Part shown: one piece after another, positions 1 to 9,814 of the stretch
Layout: every line of letters starts with the position of its first letter
Numbering within the stretch: position 1 is the stretch's first letter
Assembly: GCA_051652765.1 (NCBI GenBank)
Contig: JBOFUV010000133.1
Span: 38,322-102,321, forward strand
DNA: 64,000 nt
Direction: 5' to 3'
From: Microcoleaceae cyanobacterium
GTDB lineage: Bacteria; Cyanobacteriota; Cyanobacteriia; Cyanobacteriales; Microcoleaceae
Made by a program: the position numbers and the translations under genes
The notes under the pieces: generated by a model
Seen by the model: the letters and a program-made list of their open reading frames with translations, nothing else
Told to the model about the DNA's origin: nothing
Database searches by the model: none

Positions 1-402
1 TCTGAGTTCATGGGAAATTTGCCGCAAAAACTCATCTTTGTAGTGGTTAATATTGTGTAGAGTTGAGTTATGGGCTTCTATCTTGCGATAGTTTTCACAG
101 GCATCCTTCAGGGCTTGTTTCAACTTAATTTTTTCGCCCTGTAATTGCTCTATTTTTTGATTGAGCAACCCTTCTAGGACTGAGTTTCGCCGCCGTAGAA
201 CTTGCGACTTTTGATAAAGTGCGATCGCAACTCCACAGGCAATCAGAACAATTGCAAGGGGGATAATGATAAAAAATCCATAGACTAGGAAGAAGTGTAT
301 CAAAGTGAGAGTGCGTAAAATACCAGCAATACTGAAATAGATGCTCTCATCAGTCTGGACTCCTAGATTGTATCGTTTGAGTTTCCGTTCTAGGAAGAAC
401 AC
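1..402 (-). CDS. Sensor histidine kinase, N-terminal part (runs off the window edge)
   Basis: Hand translation from GTG at 402: a hydrophobic TM segment (FFLVYGFFIIIPLAIVLIACGVAIALY), a coiled coil, then a HisKA H-box KDEFLRQISHELR at the edge. Start uncertain. Confidence 0.75.
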   Translation of the reverse strand, partial: MFFLERKLKRYNLGVQTDESIYFSIAGILRTLTLIHFFLVYGFFIIIPLAIVLIACGVAIALYQKSQVLRRRNSVLEGLLNQKIEQLQGEKIKLKQALKDACENYRKIEAHNSTLHNINHYKDEFLRQISHELR

Positions 403-569
403 TGAACCTGTAATTTACTGAGGGTCAAAGCCTAGGCTTAAGTTTACCCCTCCATTCTACTCAGCCAATTTCTAAGTGGAGGTACTCCGGTCTCGGCTGA
501 TTGATTTTTGGCAGATTATTTGTCATTGGTGCTTGAATGCGGTCAACTGTTAACTGACGACTATCACCA

Positions 570-1127
570 ATGTTAGCTATGTCTTCTTCCTTTCACCTTG
601 AATCCCCACAAGTTAGTATTATCATGGGGAGTGATTCTGATCTGTCTACGATGCAAGGGGCGATCGCCATCTGTGAAGAGTTTGCCGTATCCCATGAAGT
701 GGCCATTGTTTCTGCCCACCGCACACCTGATCACATGGTGAACTATGCAAAAACAGCCCACGAGCGCGGACTGAAGGTGATTATTGCTGGAGCTGGGGGG
801 GCCGCCCATTTACCTGGCATGGTAGCGGCCTTAACCCCTTTACCTGTGATTGGAGTTCCAGTGGCCACTCGTCATCTCCAAGGGGTTGACTCCCTTTACT
901 CCATTGTGCAAATGCCGGGAGGAATTCCGGTGGCAGCGGTGGCAATTGGCAATGCAAAAAATGCAGGGTTGCTGGCGGTTCAGATCTTGGCAGCCCACCA
1001 CCCGGATCTGCTTCAGCAGGTGCAGGAATACCGTCAATCCCTACGAGATTCTGTTCTTGATAAACAAAATCGCCTAGAACAGTTGGGCTACGCTCAGTAT
1101 CTAGTTGAAATTGCAGAGGGTTACTAG
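570..1127 (+). CDS. purE: N5-carboxyaminoimidazole ribonucleotide mutase
   Basis: [25 protein letters not shown] and [11 protein letters not shown] motifs. Confidence 0.96.
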   Translation: MLAMSSSFHLESPQVSIIMGSDSDLSTMQGAIAICEEFAVSHEVAIVSAHRTPDHMVNYAKTAHERGLKVIIAGAGGAAHLPGMVAALTPLPVIGVPVATRHLQGVDSLYSIVQMPGGIPVAAVAIGNAKNAGLLAVQILAAHHPDLLQQVQEYRQSLRDSVLDKQNRLEQLGYAQYLVEIAEGY

Positions 1128-1210
1128 TGTTGATCAGGGGTGTTACAAAACTTAAGCCTAGAGATTGAGTTTGTAGAATCTAGCGTGTAAGTGTTGTTAG
1201 GATGAGCAAA

Positions 1211-1226
1211 TGTAAATTCTGATACA
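1211..1226 (+). promoter_or_regulatory. NtcA-binding site upstream of amt
   Basis: TGTA-AATTCTGA-TACA is a perfect GTA-N8-TAC box, with a -10-like CACAAT about 23 nt downstream. Cyanobacterial amt1 genes are established NtcA targets. Confidence 0.8.
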
Positions 1227-1448
1227 GAACCCATTGCTATCTGGTATACACAATTAGTAATTCTTGATGCAAAATCGGCATTAGCGCTGAAATTTGAGTT
1301 GCTAGAGTACTTTAGCTAGCGCAGATTAATTGTCCTGAGACAATCTCAGGGCAGTTTGGCAACTGTATTCTGTTACCGAGTTGCGCTGTTGAGCTAGCAG
1401 TTCTCAGGTTCCTGAATCAACCTAAGGCTTAAATTTTTCCAGAATCCA

Positions 1449-1509
1449 AAACTTGATTTTCCAAAACTTAAGTTTCATAAACTTAAGGTTCATAAACTTT
1501 AAGTTTCAT
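1449..1509. repeat. Tandem repeat, about 4 x 15 bp (AAACTTAAGTTTCAT)
   Basis: Read directly in the amt leader. Confidence 0.85.
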
Positions 1510-1529
1510 ATCTTTTACCTCAATCTCCA

Positions 1530-3047
1530 ATGTTGAAGGCAATGTACAACAGAAAACAGCTAAACGTGGATCGTCTTACGCTTCCTGCCAGCCACAGTTT
1601 CCAAAGCATGAAAAGCCAGAGAATCAAAAAACGAGGATGGACTAGGTGGCTCTCCCCTAGTCTTCTGAGTTGCATTCCTCTAACTGCAATTATTGTAGTC
1701 ACTTGGAATTTGGCGGCTTCTGCTCAAGATGCTGAGCCTCTGACCCCTGAAGCAGTCCAGGGAGCCCTAAATATGATCTGGGTTCTGATTGCTGCAATTC
1801 TTGTGATTTTTATGAATGCGGGCTTTGCCATGCTAGAAACAGGGTTTTGCCGTCATAAAAATGCAGTTAATGTTTTGGCCAAAAACCTAATCGTGTTTGC
1901 GGTTTCCACTTTGAGTTTTTGGGTGATTGGATTCTCCCTGATGTTTGGTGGAGATAATCCGTTTATTGGGGGTGGGGGTTATTTTCTGTCTGGTAGTCCA
2001 GAAGTTTATAACTTGGCTCCCTTCCCTGAGGGATTACCACCGAGTGTGTTTTTCCTCTTCCAAGTTGCGTTTGCTGGGACAGCCGCAACGATTGTTTCGG
2101 GAGCCGTTGCAGAACGAATTGAGTTCGTTGCTTTTTTGATTTTCAGTTTCCTGTTGGTGGCGATCGCCTATCCGATCACAGGTCACTGGATTTGGGGCTA
2201 TGACTTTGCCAACGGTGAAGCCACAGGTTGGCTTGGCAAGATGGGCTTTATTGATTTTGCGGGGTCAACCGTGGTTCATTCCGTTGGGGGTTGGGCAGCA
2301 CTGATGGGAGCAGCATTTCTGGGGCCTAGAATAGGCAAGTATGCTGAGGATGGCTCCCCTCGGGCAATCCCAGGTCACAATATGAGTATTGCAACTCTGG
2401 GATGCTTGATTCTCTGGGTCTGCTGGTTTGGATTTAACGCTGGTTCAGTCCTGGCGGTGAATGAACTTGTTCCCTTCGTAGCAGTAACCACCTGTTTGGG
2501 CGGTGCGACTGGGGGAGTAGTTTCAACCATTACGTCCTGGGTCAAGGATGGCAAGCCGGATTTATCCATGATTATCAACGGCATTCTGGCTGGATTGGTC
2601 GCCGTGACTGCAAGCTGCAATCTGATTACCTACTGGGAAGCTATAGTGATTGGTGCGATTGCCGGGGCTTTGGTGGTTTTTGCGGTTGGCTTTTTTGATC
2701 AGATCAAAATTGACGATCCCGTTGGAGCAACCTCGGTTCACTTGGTTTGTGGTGTTTGGGGAACCTTGGCAACGGGACTCTTTGCAACGGGTGCAAATTT
2801 TGGTGTTCAAGTGTTAGGAATTCTTTCCATCGGTGGATTTACCGTTCTCCTGAGTACAATCTTCTGGCTGGCGATCAAAGCGACTGTAGGGCTGCGGGTT
2901 CACTCGGAGCAGGAATTGATGGGTTTGGATATTTCCGAACATGGCATGGAAGCCTACAGCGGTTTCGTCAAAGAATCTGGCCCGACCAGCATGGGTGGAG
3001 CCGAATCGGGCATTCCTGCAGGGGGAGGAATTTCCAGTTCTTACTAA
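1530..3047 (+). CDS. amt: Ammonium transporter (Amt1-like)
   Basis: [40 protein letters not shown] and HGMEAY motifs. True start may be 1542 or 1608. Confidence 0.96.
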   Translation: MLKAMYNRKQLNVDRLTLPASHSFQSMKSQRIKKRGWTRWLSPSLLSCIPLTAIIVVTWNLAASAQDAEPLTPEAVQGALNMIWVLIAAILVIFMNAGFAMLETGFCRHKNAVNVLAKNLIVFAVSTLSFWVIGFSLMFGGDNPFIGGGGYFLSGSPEVYNLAPFPEGLPPSVFFLFQVAFAGTAATIVSGAVAERIEFVAFLIFSFLLVAIAYPITGHWIWGYDFANGEATGWLGKMGFIDFAGSTVVHSVGGWAALMGAAFLGPRIGKYAEDGSPRAIPGHNMSIATLGCLILWVCWFGFNAGSVLAVNELVPFVAVTTCLGGATGGVVSTITSWVKDGKPDLSMIINGILAGLVAVTASCNLITYWEAIVIGAIAGALVVFAVGFFDQIKIDDPVGATSVHLVCGVWGTLATGLFATGANFGVQVLGILSIGGFTVLLSTIFWLAIKATVGLRVHSEQELMGLDISEHGMEAYSGFVKESGPTSMGGAESGIPAGGGISSSY

Positions 3048-3131
3048 GGCCCTCGACCGTCTCTAGGGCTGAGATTGTTCGCCCTAAGGGTTTAGGATTT
3101 AGAATCAACCTTTAACCTGCCTTAAAGTATC

Positions 3132-3179
3132 TCGCCCTCAACCTGACAAGAAACGATCAGGTTGAGGGCGATAATTTTT
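3132..3179 (+). terminator. Intrinsic terminator of amt
   Basis: 15-bp stem TCGCCCTCAACCTGA / TCAGGTTGAGGGCGA followed by TAATTTTT. Confidence 0.8.
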
Positions 3180-3184
3180 GTGAT

Positions 3185-3385
3185 TGATTAAAGTTACTGA
3201 TTAAACTACTGATTAAATTTTTGATTAAAATTTGTGGGTTAGGCATCGTGCCTGACTGAGAAAGCCGAAACGACTGCCCTACAGATTAAAATTCACCTTA
3301 AATCTTTAGACTTAACCCTGAGATTTAATGTTGAGATTTAACCTTAAGCTTCAACCTTATAAACTTGACTCAGAAACTTAACCTT
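3185..3385. repeat. Two degenerate tandem arrays (TGATTAAA-core 12-13 bp; TTAACC-core about 13 bp)
   Basis: TGATTAAA at 3185, 3198, 3210 and 3222. TTAA/TTCA/TTGA cores at 3312, 3325, 3338, 3350, 3365 and 3378. Confidence 0.7.
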
Positions 3386-3465
3386 TACATTAGACTATTA
3401 CCAAGCAGTTTCTCTATCAATTTGTTAGGATGACTATGACTCAGAAGAGTTAGTAGGAGAGCACT

Positions 3466-3963
3466 GTGTTCAATTATCTTCCGCCGCTAAATGATCACAA
3501 TTTACCCTATCCGGACACAATGCATCCCATTGTAGTTCACTTTGTGATTGCAATGGTATTGTTTGCGTTTTTTTGTGATGTCGTTGGCTACTTAACCCGC
3601 AATTCTCGCCTGTATGAAGTGAGTTGGTGGAACTTGTTTTTTGCTACTATTTCTATTTTTATTGCAATTATCTTTGGACAGGTTGAGGCGGGTCTAGCCC
3701 AACCCTATGCCGCAGCAGAGCCAACCCTGAACTTGCATACCCTGATTGGGTGGTCACTGTCTGGGGTGATTGCTGGGATTACAGCATGGCGCTATGTCAT
3801 TCGATTTCGCGACCCGAAGCAGTTGTCTGTAGCGTTTTTGGGTTTAGAAGTTCTCTTGGTGGGTTTGGTTTTTTTCCAAGTTTATCTGGGGGATGAGCTG
3901 GTTTGGGTCTACGGGCTCCATACTGTACCTGTAGTCGAAGCAGTTCGGGAAGGAGTATTGTAA
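3466..3963 (+). CDS. DUF2231-type membrane protein, first gene of the ARTO cluster
   Basis: HPxxVHF signature (MHPIVVHF), about 4 TM helices, further His residues, AGGAG RBS before GTG. Confidence 0.8.
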   Translation: MFNYLPPLNDHNLPYPDTMHPIVVHFVIAMVLFAFFCDVVGYLTRNSRLYEVSWWNLFFATISIFIAIIFGQVEAGLAQPYAAAEPTLNLHTLIGWSLSGVIAGITAWRYVIRFRDPKQLSVAFLGLEVLLVGLVFFQVYLGDELVWVYGLHTVPVVEAVREGVL

Positions 3964-4568
3964 TGAATTCTGATTTGGTTAAACAGTTGGGAGAGCAACT
4001 GGGGGCCAATGGCTTGCCCTATACAATTCCGATCCATCCGAACTTAGTCCATCTCACCCTGGGACTGTTTATTGTGGCGATCGCCTTCGATATTGTGGGC
4101 GTGCTCTATCCCTTGGAAAAGCCTGTATTTAAGTTCATGTCCATTCCAGCCGCCCGTTCAAACTTCTTTGATGTGGGCTGGTACAACATGCTAGCTGCTG
4201 CCATCATTACCTTTTTTACAGTGGCCGCAGGGTTCTACGAGATTCTCCTGGCGATGCCCTCCCCTGAAACCAAAAGTGCCTGGGGATTACAGGCGATGGA
4301 AACGATGCTGTGGCATGGGGTCGGTGGGGTTGTGCTGCTAGGACTGATTGTGGTGATGACAGTCTGGCGAGGGTTTCAACGGTTTCTCTGGCGCAAGGAC
4401 AGATCCCAGCAGGTGCAATGGAGCTATCTGCTGGCTGGGCTGGGAATTTTTGCGCTGATGTTTGTTCACGGAACCCTAGGGGCGCAACTCGCTGCTGAAT
4501 TTGGGGTACATGTTACGGCTGATCGGTTGTTGAGATTGGGTGAAAACCCGAATCTGCTCCTGAAGTAA
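3963..4568 (+). CDS. DUF2231-type membrane protein, second paralog
   Basis: IHPNLVHL, WHGVGG and VHGTLGAQL motifs. The ATG overlaps the upstream TAA (TAATG coupling), so the start is 3963 rather than 3903. Confidence 0.8.
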   Translation: MNSDLVKQLGEQLGANGLPYTIPIHPNLVHLTLGLFIVAIAFDIVGVLYPLEKPVFKFMSIPAARSNFFDVGWYNMLAAAIITFFTVAAGFYEILLAMPSPETKSAWGLQAMETMLWHGVGGVVLLGLIVVMTVWRGFQRFLWRKDRSQQVQWSYLLAGLGIFALMFVHGTLGAQLAAEFGVHVTADRLLRLGENPNLLLK

Positions 4569-4582
4569 TTCTGTAGGTTGTC

Positions 4583-5518
4583 ATGAAATTTCGGCTGATT
4601 TTGACCTTATCTGTAGTAGCGATCGCGCTCTTGGCCGTGAGTTTGTGGATGGGACAGCAGGCGTATACCTGGCTACCCCCGCAAGCCTCGGCTGAATCAA
4701 AGCTGAGCGACGATTTATTTAGTTTTCTGGTTACGATTTCAACTTCTATTTTCTTTGGGGTAACGGGAACCCTAGCCTATTCTTTGCTATTTCATCGGGC
4801 TGGCAAGTACGACTTCAGTGACGGCCCCCATATCGAGGGCAATGTGACTCTAGAGGTGGTTTGGACAGCCATCCCGATGGTTCTGGTATTTTGGTTGGCG
4901 GGCTATAGCTATCAGGTTTATAACCAAATGGCGATTCGTGGCCCTATGGAACATCATCACGGAGCCATGGCCGCTGCCCAAGCCGCCCCAATGAACGCCG
5001 ATCCAATGAACAAGGCGGTGTCAGCCAACCCCAGAGATCTAGAAGAGATTGAGGTGTTGTCCCGACAGTGGGCTTGGGAGTTCCGCTATCCCAATCAGAA
5101 TATAACTAGCACAGAATTACATTTACCTCAAGACCGGCGGGTGAGGTTAACCATGACATCCGAGGATGTTATCCATGGTTTTTATATTCCTGCCTTTCGG
5201 GTAAAGCAAGATATTATTCCGGGTCGAGTGAATGATCTGGAGTTCACGCCAATTCGCATCGGTCAGTATCGGTTGCGCGATTCTCAGTACAGTGGTACCT
5301 ATTTTGCCGCTATGCAAACCGATGTTGTCGTGGAGTCTCGCGAAGACTATCAGCAGTGGTTGGCTAAAGCTGCATCTCAGACTCCTACGGTGGCCTACAA
5401 CCGAGCCTTTACTGAATACAACCAAACTCAAAAATCCGCGATCGCAGGCTGGAAGACGGTTCCTCCTTCTGCTCCCCCCGTTGTTAATTTTTCTAGTGCC
5501 AAGGAAAATTCTTTATGA
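4583..5518 (+). CDS. ctaC: Heme-copper oxidase subunit II, ARTO (CuA-less) type
   Basis: LEVVWTAIP, QWAWEFRY and DVIHGF motifs. The CuA motif CxExCGxxH is replaced by DSQYSGTYF. Confidence 0.9.
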   Translation: MKFRLILTLSVVAIALLAVSLWMGQQAYTWLPPQASAESKLSDDLFSFLVTISTSIFFGVTGTLAYSLLFHRAGKYDFSDGPHIEGNVTLEVVWTAIPMVLVFWLAGYSYQVYNQMAIRGPMEHHHGAMAAAQAAPMNADPMNKAVSANPRDLEEIEVLSRQWAWEFRYPNQNITSTELHLPQDRRVRLTMTSEDVIHGFYIPAFRVKQDIIPGRVNDLEFTPIRIGQYRLRDSQYSGTYFAAMQTDVVVESREDYQQWLAKAASQTPTVAYNRAFTEYNQTQKSAIAGWKTVPPSAPPVVNFSSAKENSL

Positions 5519-7197
5519 TCGACACTCCTTTCCCAGGGGTTGTTCCTAGTCGTGAACAGCCTCAGCCTGGGTCTCCTGAGAACTGGAGACGCTTCTTTAG
5601 CTTTAGTACGGATCACAAGGTGATTGGTATCCAGTATCTGGTTACGTCATTCCTCTTCTTCCTGATTGGTGGCATCTTTGCCATGATTATGCGCGGGGAG
5701 TTGATTACTCCAGAGTCAGATTTAGTTGACCGCACGGTTTACAATGCCCTGTTTACAATGCATGGAACGATCATGCTATTCATGTGGACTTTTCCATCGT
5801 TGCTGGGAATCTCCAACTACCTAGTTCCCCTGATGATTGGGGCGCGGGATATGGCCTTTCCTCGCTTGAATGCTGTGGCGTTCTGGATGGTGCCAATTTT
5901 TAGTATTGTCCTGCTATCCAGTTTCTTTGTTCCTGGTGGCCCTTCCCAGTCTGGTTGGTGGGCCTATCCTCCAGTGAGTCTACAGAATCCCACAGGGAAC
6001 TTAGTCAATGGTCAGTTCCTTTGGCTGGTGGCAGTGGCGATTTCGGGGGTCGCTTCAATTATGGGCGCAGTCAATATCGTGACAACGATTGTCAAAATGC
6101 GAGCGCCAGGAATGACCTTTTTTCGAATGCCTGTTTTTGTTTGGACCGTGCTTAGCGCTCAAATTATTCAGTTGTTTGGCTTGCCTGCGCTGACGGCGGG
6201 GGCGGTGATGCTTTTGTCTGACTTAACGGTTGGCACTAGCTTTTTTGACCCTGCGAAGGGAGGAGATCCGGTTCTCTTCCAGCATTTTTTCTGGTTCTAT
6301 TCCCATCCGGCAGTTTATGTGATGGTTCTGCCCGTCTTTGGGGTGTTTTCAGAAATTTTTCCAGTCTATGCTCGCAAGCCTCTATTTGGCTACAAAGTGG
6401 TTGCCGTCTCATCTGCGATTATTACTGCGCTGAGTGGCCTAGTTTGGGTACATCACATGTTCGCCAGTGGAACGCCGGGATGGATGCGGTTGTTCTTTAT
6501 GATTACCAGCATGTGTATTGCTGTGCCCACAGGAATTAAAGTGTTTGCCTGGGTGGCAACGATTTGGCGTGGCAAACTCCGTTTGGATACTCCCATGCTG
6601 TTTGCGATGGGGGGCTTGGTAATGTTTTTGTTTGCTGGCATTACCGGGATCATGCTGGCTTCGGTGCCAATTGATATTCATGTCAATAATACCTACTTTA
6701 TTGTTGGCCATTTTCATTACGTTCTGTATGGGACGATTACGATGGGCTTGTTTGCCGCCATCTATCATTGGTTCCCTAAAATGACGGGAAAAATGTACTA
6801 CGAGAGTTTGGGCAAATTGCATTTCTGGCTCGCCTTCATTGGGACTAATCTCAACTTTCTGCCGATGCATCCATTGGGATTGCATGGAATGCCGCGCCGG
6901 GTTGCTTCCTATGATCCAGAGTTTGCCTTTTGGAACGTGATTGCGAGTATTGGAGGCTTCGTTTTAGGGATGTCCACGTTGCCGTTTATTCTCAATATGG
7001 TGAGTTCCTGGGTACAGGGCAAAAAAGCGCCCGATAATCCTTGGCGAGCTATTGGTTTGGAATGGCTGGTGTCTTCACCTCCTCCGGTTGAGAACTTTGA
7101 GGAAATTCCAATTGTGATTGCTGCACCCTATGGTTACGGCAAAAAAGATCCCTTAACTGCAAACCTTCGCGACGCTTTAGAGGTGGCCAATGAGTAG
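5515..7197 (+). CDS. ctaD: Heme-copper oxidase subunit I (ARTO, A2-type YSHPxVY)
   Basis: All six His ligands present: MHG, YSHPAVY, WVHHM, GHFHY. Confidence 0.95.
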   Translation: MIDTPFPGVVPSREQPQPGSPENWRRFFSFSTDHKVIGIQYLVTSFLFFLIGGIFAMIMRGELITPESDLVDRTVYNALFTMHGTIMLFMWTFPSLLGISNYLVPLMIGARDMAFPRLNAVAFWMVPIFSIVLLSSFFVPGGPSQSGWWAYPPVSLQNPTGNLVNGQFLWLVAVAISGVASIMGAVNIVTTIVKMRAPGMTFFRMPVFVWTVLSAQIIQLFGLPALTAGAVMLLSDLTVGTSFFDPAKGGDPVLFQHFFWFYSHPAVYVMVLPVFGVFSEIFPVYARKPLFGYKVVAVSSAIITALSGLVWVHHMFASGTPGWMRLFFMITSMCIAVPTGIKVFAWVATIWRGKLRLDTPMLFAMGGLVMFLFAGITGIMLASVPIDIHVNNTYFIVGHFHYVLYGTITMGLFAAIYHWFPKMTGKMYYESLGKLHFWLAFIGTNLNFLPMHPLGLHGMPRRVASYDPEFAFWNVIASIGGFVLGMSTLPFILNMVSSWVQGKKAPDNPWRAIGLEWLVSSPPPVENFEEIPIVIAAPYGYGKKDPLTANLRDALEVANE

Positions 7198-7807
7198 CGT
7201 TAATCTTGAAATGTCTCCGAGTTCAGATCTGGAAAAAGCTCACGGTGCTGAACACGTTCACGATGAAGCAGGCAACAGCATGTTTGGCTTCATTGTGTTC
7301 TTGCTCTCAGAAAGTGTGATTTTCCTAAGTTTTTTTGTTGGGTATATTGTTTATAAGACTACAGCGGTTGACTGGCTACCTGCAGGGGTTACCGGGTTAG
7401 ACATTCGAGAACCTGCGATTAATACAGTGGTCTTGGTATCCAGTAGTTTTGTGATCTATGTTGCCGAGCGATTTCTGCATGTTAAAAATCTATGGGCATT
7501 TCGGTTGTTTTGGCTGGCTACAATGGCCATGGGAACTTACTTTCTGTATGGTCAGGCGGTAGAGTGGCGCAGCCTTGAGTTTGGCTTTACCTCTGGAGTG
7601 TTCGGGGGAAGTTTTTATTTACTGACGGGATTTCATGGGTTGCACGTCTTGACAGGCGTGCTTCTACAATTGCTGATGTTGATTAAATCCTTTGTTCCCG
7701 GCAATTATGACAAAGGGGAAGTTGGAGTGGCTGCAACTTCTCTGTTTTGGCATTTTGTGGATGTCATTTGGATTATTTTGTTTATTCTGATTTACATCTG
7801 GCAGTAA
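7190..7807 (+). CDS. ctaE: Heme-copper oxidase subunit III
   Basis: FLLSE, LTGFHGLHV and FWHFVDVIW motifs; overlaps the ctaD stop. Confidence 0.93.
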   Translation: MSSVNLEMSPSSDLEKAHGAEHVHDEAGNSMFGFIVFLLSESVIFLSFFVGYIVYKTTAVDWLPAGVTGLDIREPAINTVVLVSSSFVIYVAERFLHVKNLWAFRLFWLATMAMGTYFLYGQAVEWRSLEFGFTSGVFGGSFYLLTGFHGLHVLTGVLLQLLMLIKSFVPGNYDKGEVGVAATSLFWHFVDVIWIILFILIYIWQ

Positions 7808-7945
7808 CGAGGGTTTGACCGATTTAACTTTTGATTTGGGCTTGATGACCGAACCCTTGCTTGAGGGCAAGGTCACCTTGCTTTTATAAAAAATATAAGG
7901 TTGTCAACCAGACTGAATATGACTCAGCAGTTAAGGAGGAGTTGA

Positions 7946-9451
7946 ATGATTATCGACGACCAACACTATGATGTGATTGTGATTGGCACTGGGGCCGGTG
8001 GAGGAACCCTAGCTCACAAACTAGCATCAACTGGGAAGAAAATCTTGATCCTGGAACGGGGCGATTTTATGGCCCTGGAAGAGCAGAATCGCACCAGCGT
8101 GGATGTGTTCAAACGGGAGCGTTATCATGCTCCAGAGCAATGGTATGACAGTATGGGAGAGCCGTTTTCTCCCCAAACGAACTACGCTGTTGGAGGAAAT
8201 ACCAAGGTTTATGGTGCGGTGTTGCAACGGATGCGGGAACGGGATTTTGAGCAGATCAGTCATCAAGACGGGATTTCTCCAGAATGGTGTCTCAAATATA
8301 GTGACTTTGAGCCTTACTACAGCGAAGCAGAGCAACTGTATCAGGTTCACGGAACTGCGACTGGAGACCCCACAGAGCCTGCCCATAGTATTGAGTATGC
8401 CTATCCGGCGATTGAGCACGAATCCCGTGTCCAGCCGATTGTAGAAGCGATCGCCCAGCAAGGCTTGCATCCGACGACCTTGCCCCTGACCCTGACCCGT
8501 GAGAAGGATGATCCGACCGGAGATTCCGAGACCTTTGGCATTGCTCCGGCGCTCAAGTCCCCCAACATTACCCTGATCACTTCGGCTACGGTGGTTTGCT
8601 TGCACACCAATTCCTCTGGGCGGATGGTGAAAGCAGTAGAAGCAGAAATTGCTGGACATCCCTATCTCTTTCTTGGGGATATGATTGTACTGGCGTGTGG
8701 AGCCATTAATTCAGCGGCGTTGCTCCTGCGATCGGTTAATGAAAAACACCCTAAAGGATTGGCGAACGGCTCTGATCAGGTTGGACGCAATCTGATGAAG
8801 CATCTAATGACCACTATCGTGCAGCGGGATGGAACCCCTAATTCTGGAACCTTCCGAAAATCGATCAGCGTGAATGACTTTTATTGGGGAGATGCTGATT
8901 TTCCCTATCCTATGGGCCATGTCCAAAACACTGGGGGTCTGCTACAGGATGTGATTTTTGCTGAAGCGCCACCGTTATTGTCAGTGTTGGCAAAAGTGAT
9001 GCCTGAATTTGGGCTGAAGCAATTGGCGATGCGTTCAATTGGGTGGTGGGTACAAACAGAAGTGTTGCCTGATCACAATAATCGAGTCCGGGTTGAGCCC
9101 GCCAAACTCTGCCTAGATTACACCCCTAATAATTTGGAAGCCCATGACCGTCTGATTTATCGTTGGAAAGAAGTCCTCAAAGCCGTCGATAAAACGATTG
9201 AGCAGCGCAGTGCCGTTTATCCCCATGGTGAAGCGCCGATCCAGGTTGTAGCCCATCAGTGTGGAACCTGTCGGTTTGGGGACAATCCAGAGACTTCTGT
9301 CCTCGATCAAAACTGTCGAGCCCACGAGATTGATAATCTGTATGTGGTCGATAGCAGTTTCTTTCCTTCGAGTTCCGGTGTGGGTCCAGCGTTAACGGTG
9401 ATTGCAAACGCTCTGCGAGTTGGGGATCACTTGATCGAACGCCTAACTTGA
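7946..9451 (+). CDS. GMC family oxidoreductase (FAD-dependent)
   Basis: GTGAGG Rossmann motif, VGGNT, GAINS, VGRNLMKH, HQCGTCRFG and NLYVVDSSFFP motifs; AGGAGG RBS. Confidence 0.92.
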   Translation: MIIDDQHYDVIVIGTGAGGGTLAHKLASTGKKILILERGDFMALEEQNRTSVDVFKRERYHAPEQWYDSMGEPFSPQTNYAVGGNTKVYGAVLQRMRERDFEQISHQDGISPEWCLKYSDFEPYYSEAEQLYQVHGTATGDPTEPAHSIEYAYPAIEHESRVQPIVEAIAQQGLHPTTLPLTLTREKDDPTGDSETFGIAPALKSPNITLITSATVVCLHTNSSGRMVKAVEAEIAGHPYLFLGDMIVLACGAINSAALLLRSVNEKHPKGLANGSDQVGRNLMKHLMTTIVQRDGTPNSGTFRKSISVNDFYWGDADFPYPMGHVQNTGGLLQDVIFAEAPPLLSVLAKVMPEFGLKQLAMRSIGWWVQTEVLPDHNNRVRVEPAKLCLDYTPNNLEAHDRLIYRWKEVLKAVDKTIEQRSAVYPHGEAPIQVVAHQCGTCRFGDNPETSVLDQNCRAHEIDNLYVVDSSFFPSSSGVGPALTVIANALRVGDHLIERLT

Positions 9452-9814
9452 CCGGTGGTCTGTCTAGATAAGTTGGCGTTGTTTAATGGCAGCATGATTC
9501 CACCCCCTAGCCCCCATGTGCATCAGCATTTTCGGAAGAGTATTCTGAGGGGAATTAGACTTCCAAGGAAGGTTCCCCAGGCTTGGGAGTATTCTTCGAG
9601 CAGCTCCTTGGTCGAAGAGGGGGCCGCATAAAGTTGGGTGGTTTGACAGATTTATTTCTAACTCATCGGCACCATCAAAACGTTCCTGATCAAACTTCCG
9701 TGCAACCCATAAATCTGTATAACCCATAAAATAAAGGGGTAGGCTCGATTCTTTGAGAAAGCTCAAGTTTTTGCTTTAAGTTTTTTGCTTCAAGTTTTCA
9801 TCGGTTACGCTGCT

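Noticed and set aside
1365..1377. Second NtcA site GTATTCTGTTAC in the amt leader
   Set aside because: Spacing is N6, not N8.
3311..3385. Pho box (SphR) upstream of the ARTO cluster
   Set aside because: Half-sites resemble YTTAAYYW, but the period is about 13 bp rather than 11 bp; better explained as another local tandem duplication.
3903..3962. N-terminal extensions in the ORF track (second DUF2231; likewise metK, aqpZ, DUF790, AspT)
   Set aside because: Downstream starts have better RBS or coupling and match where the family domains begin.
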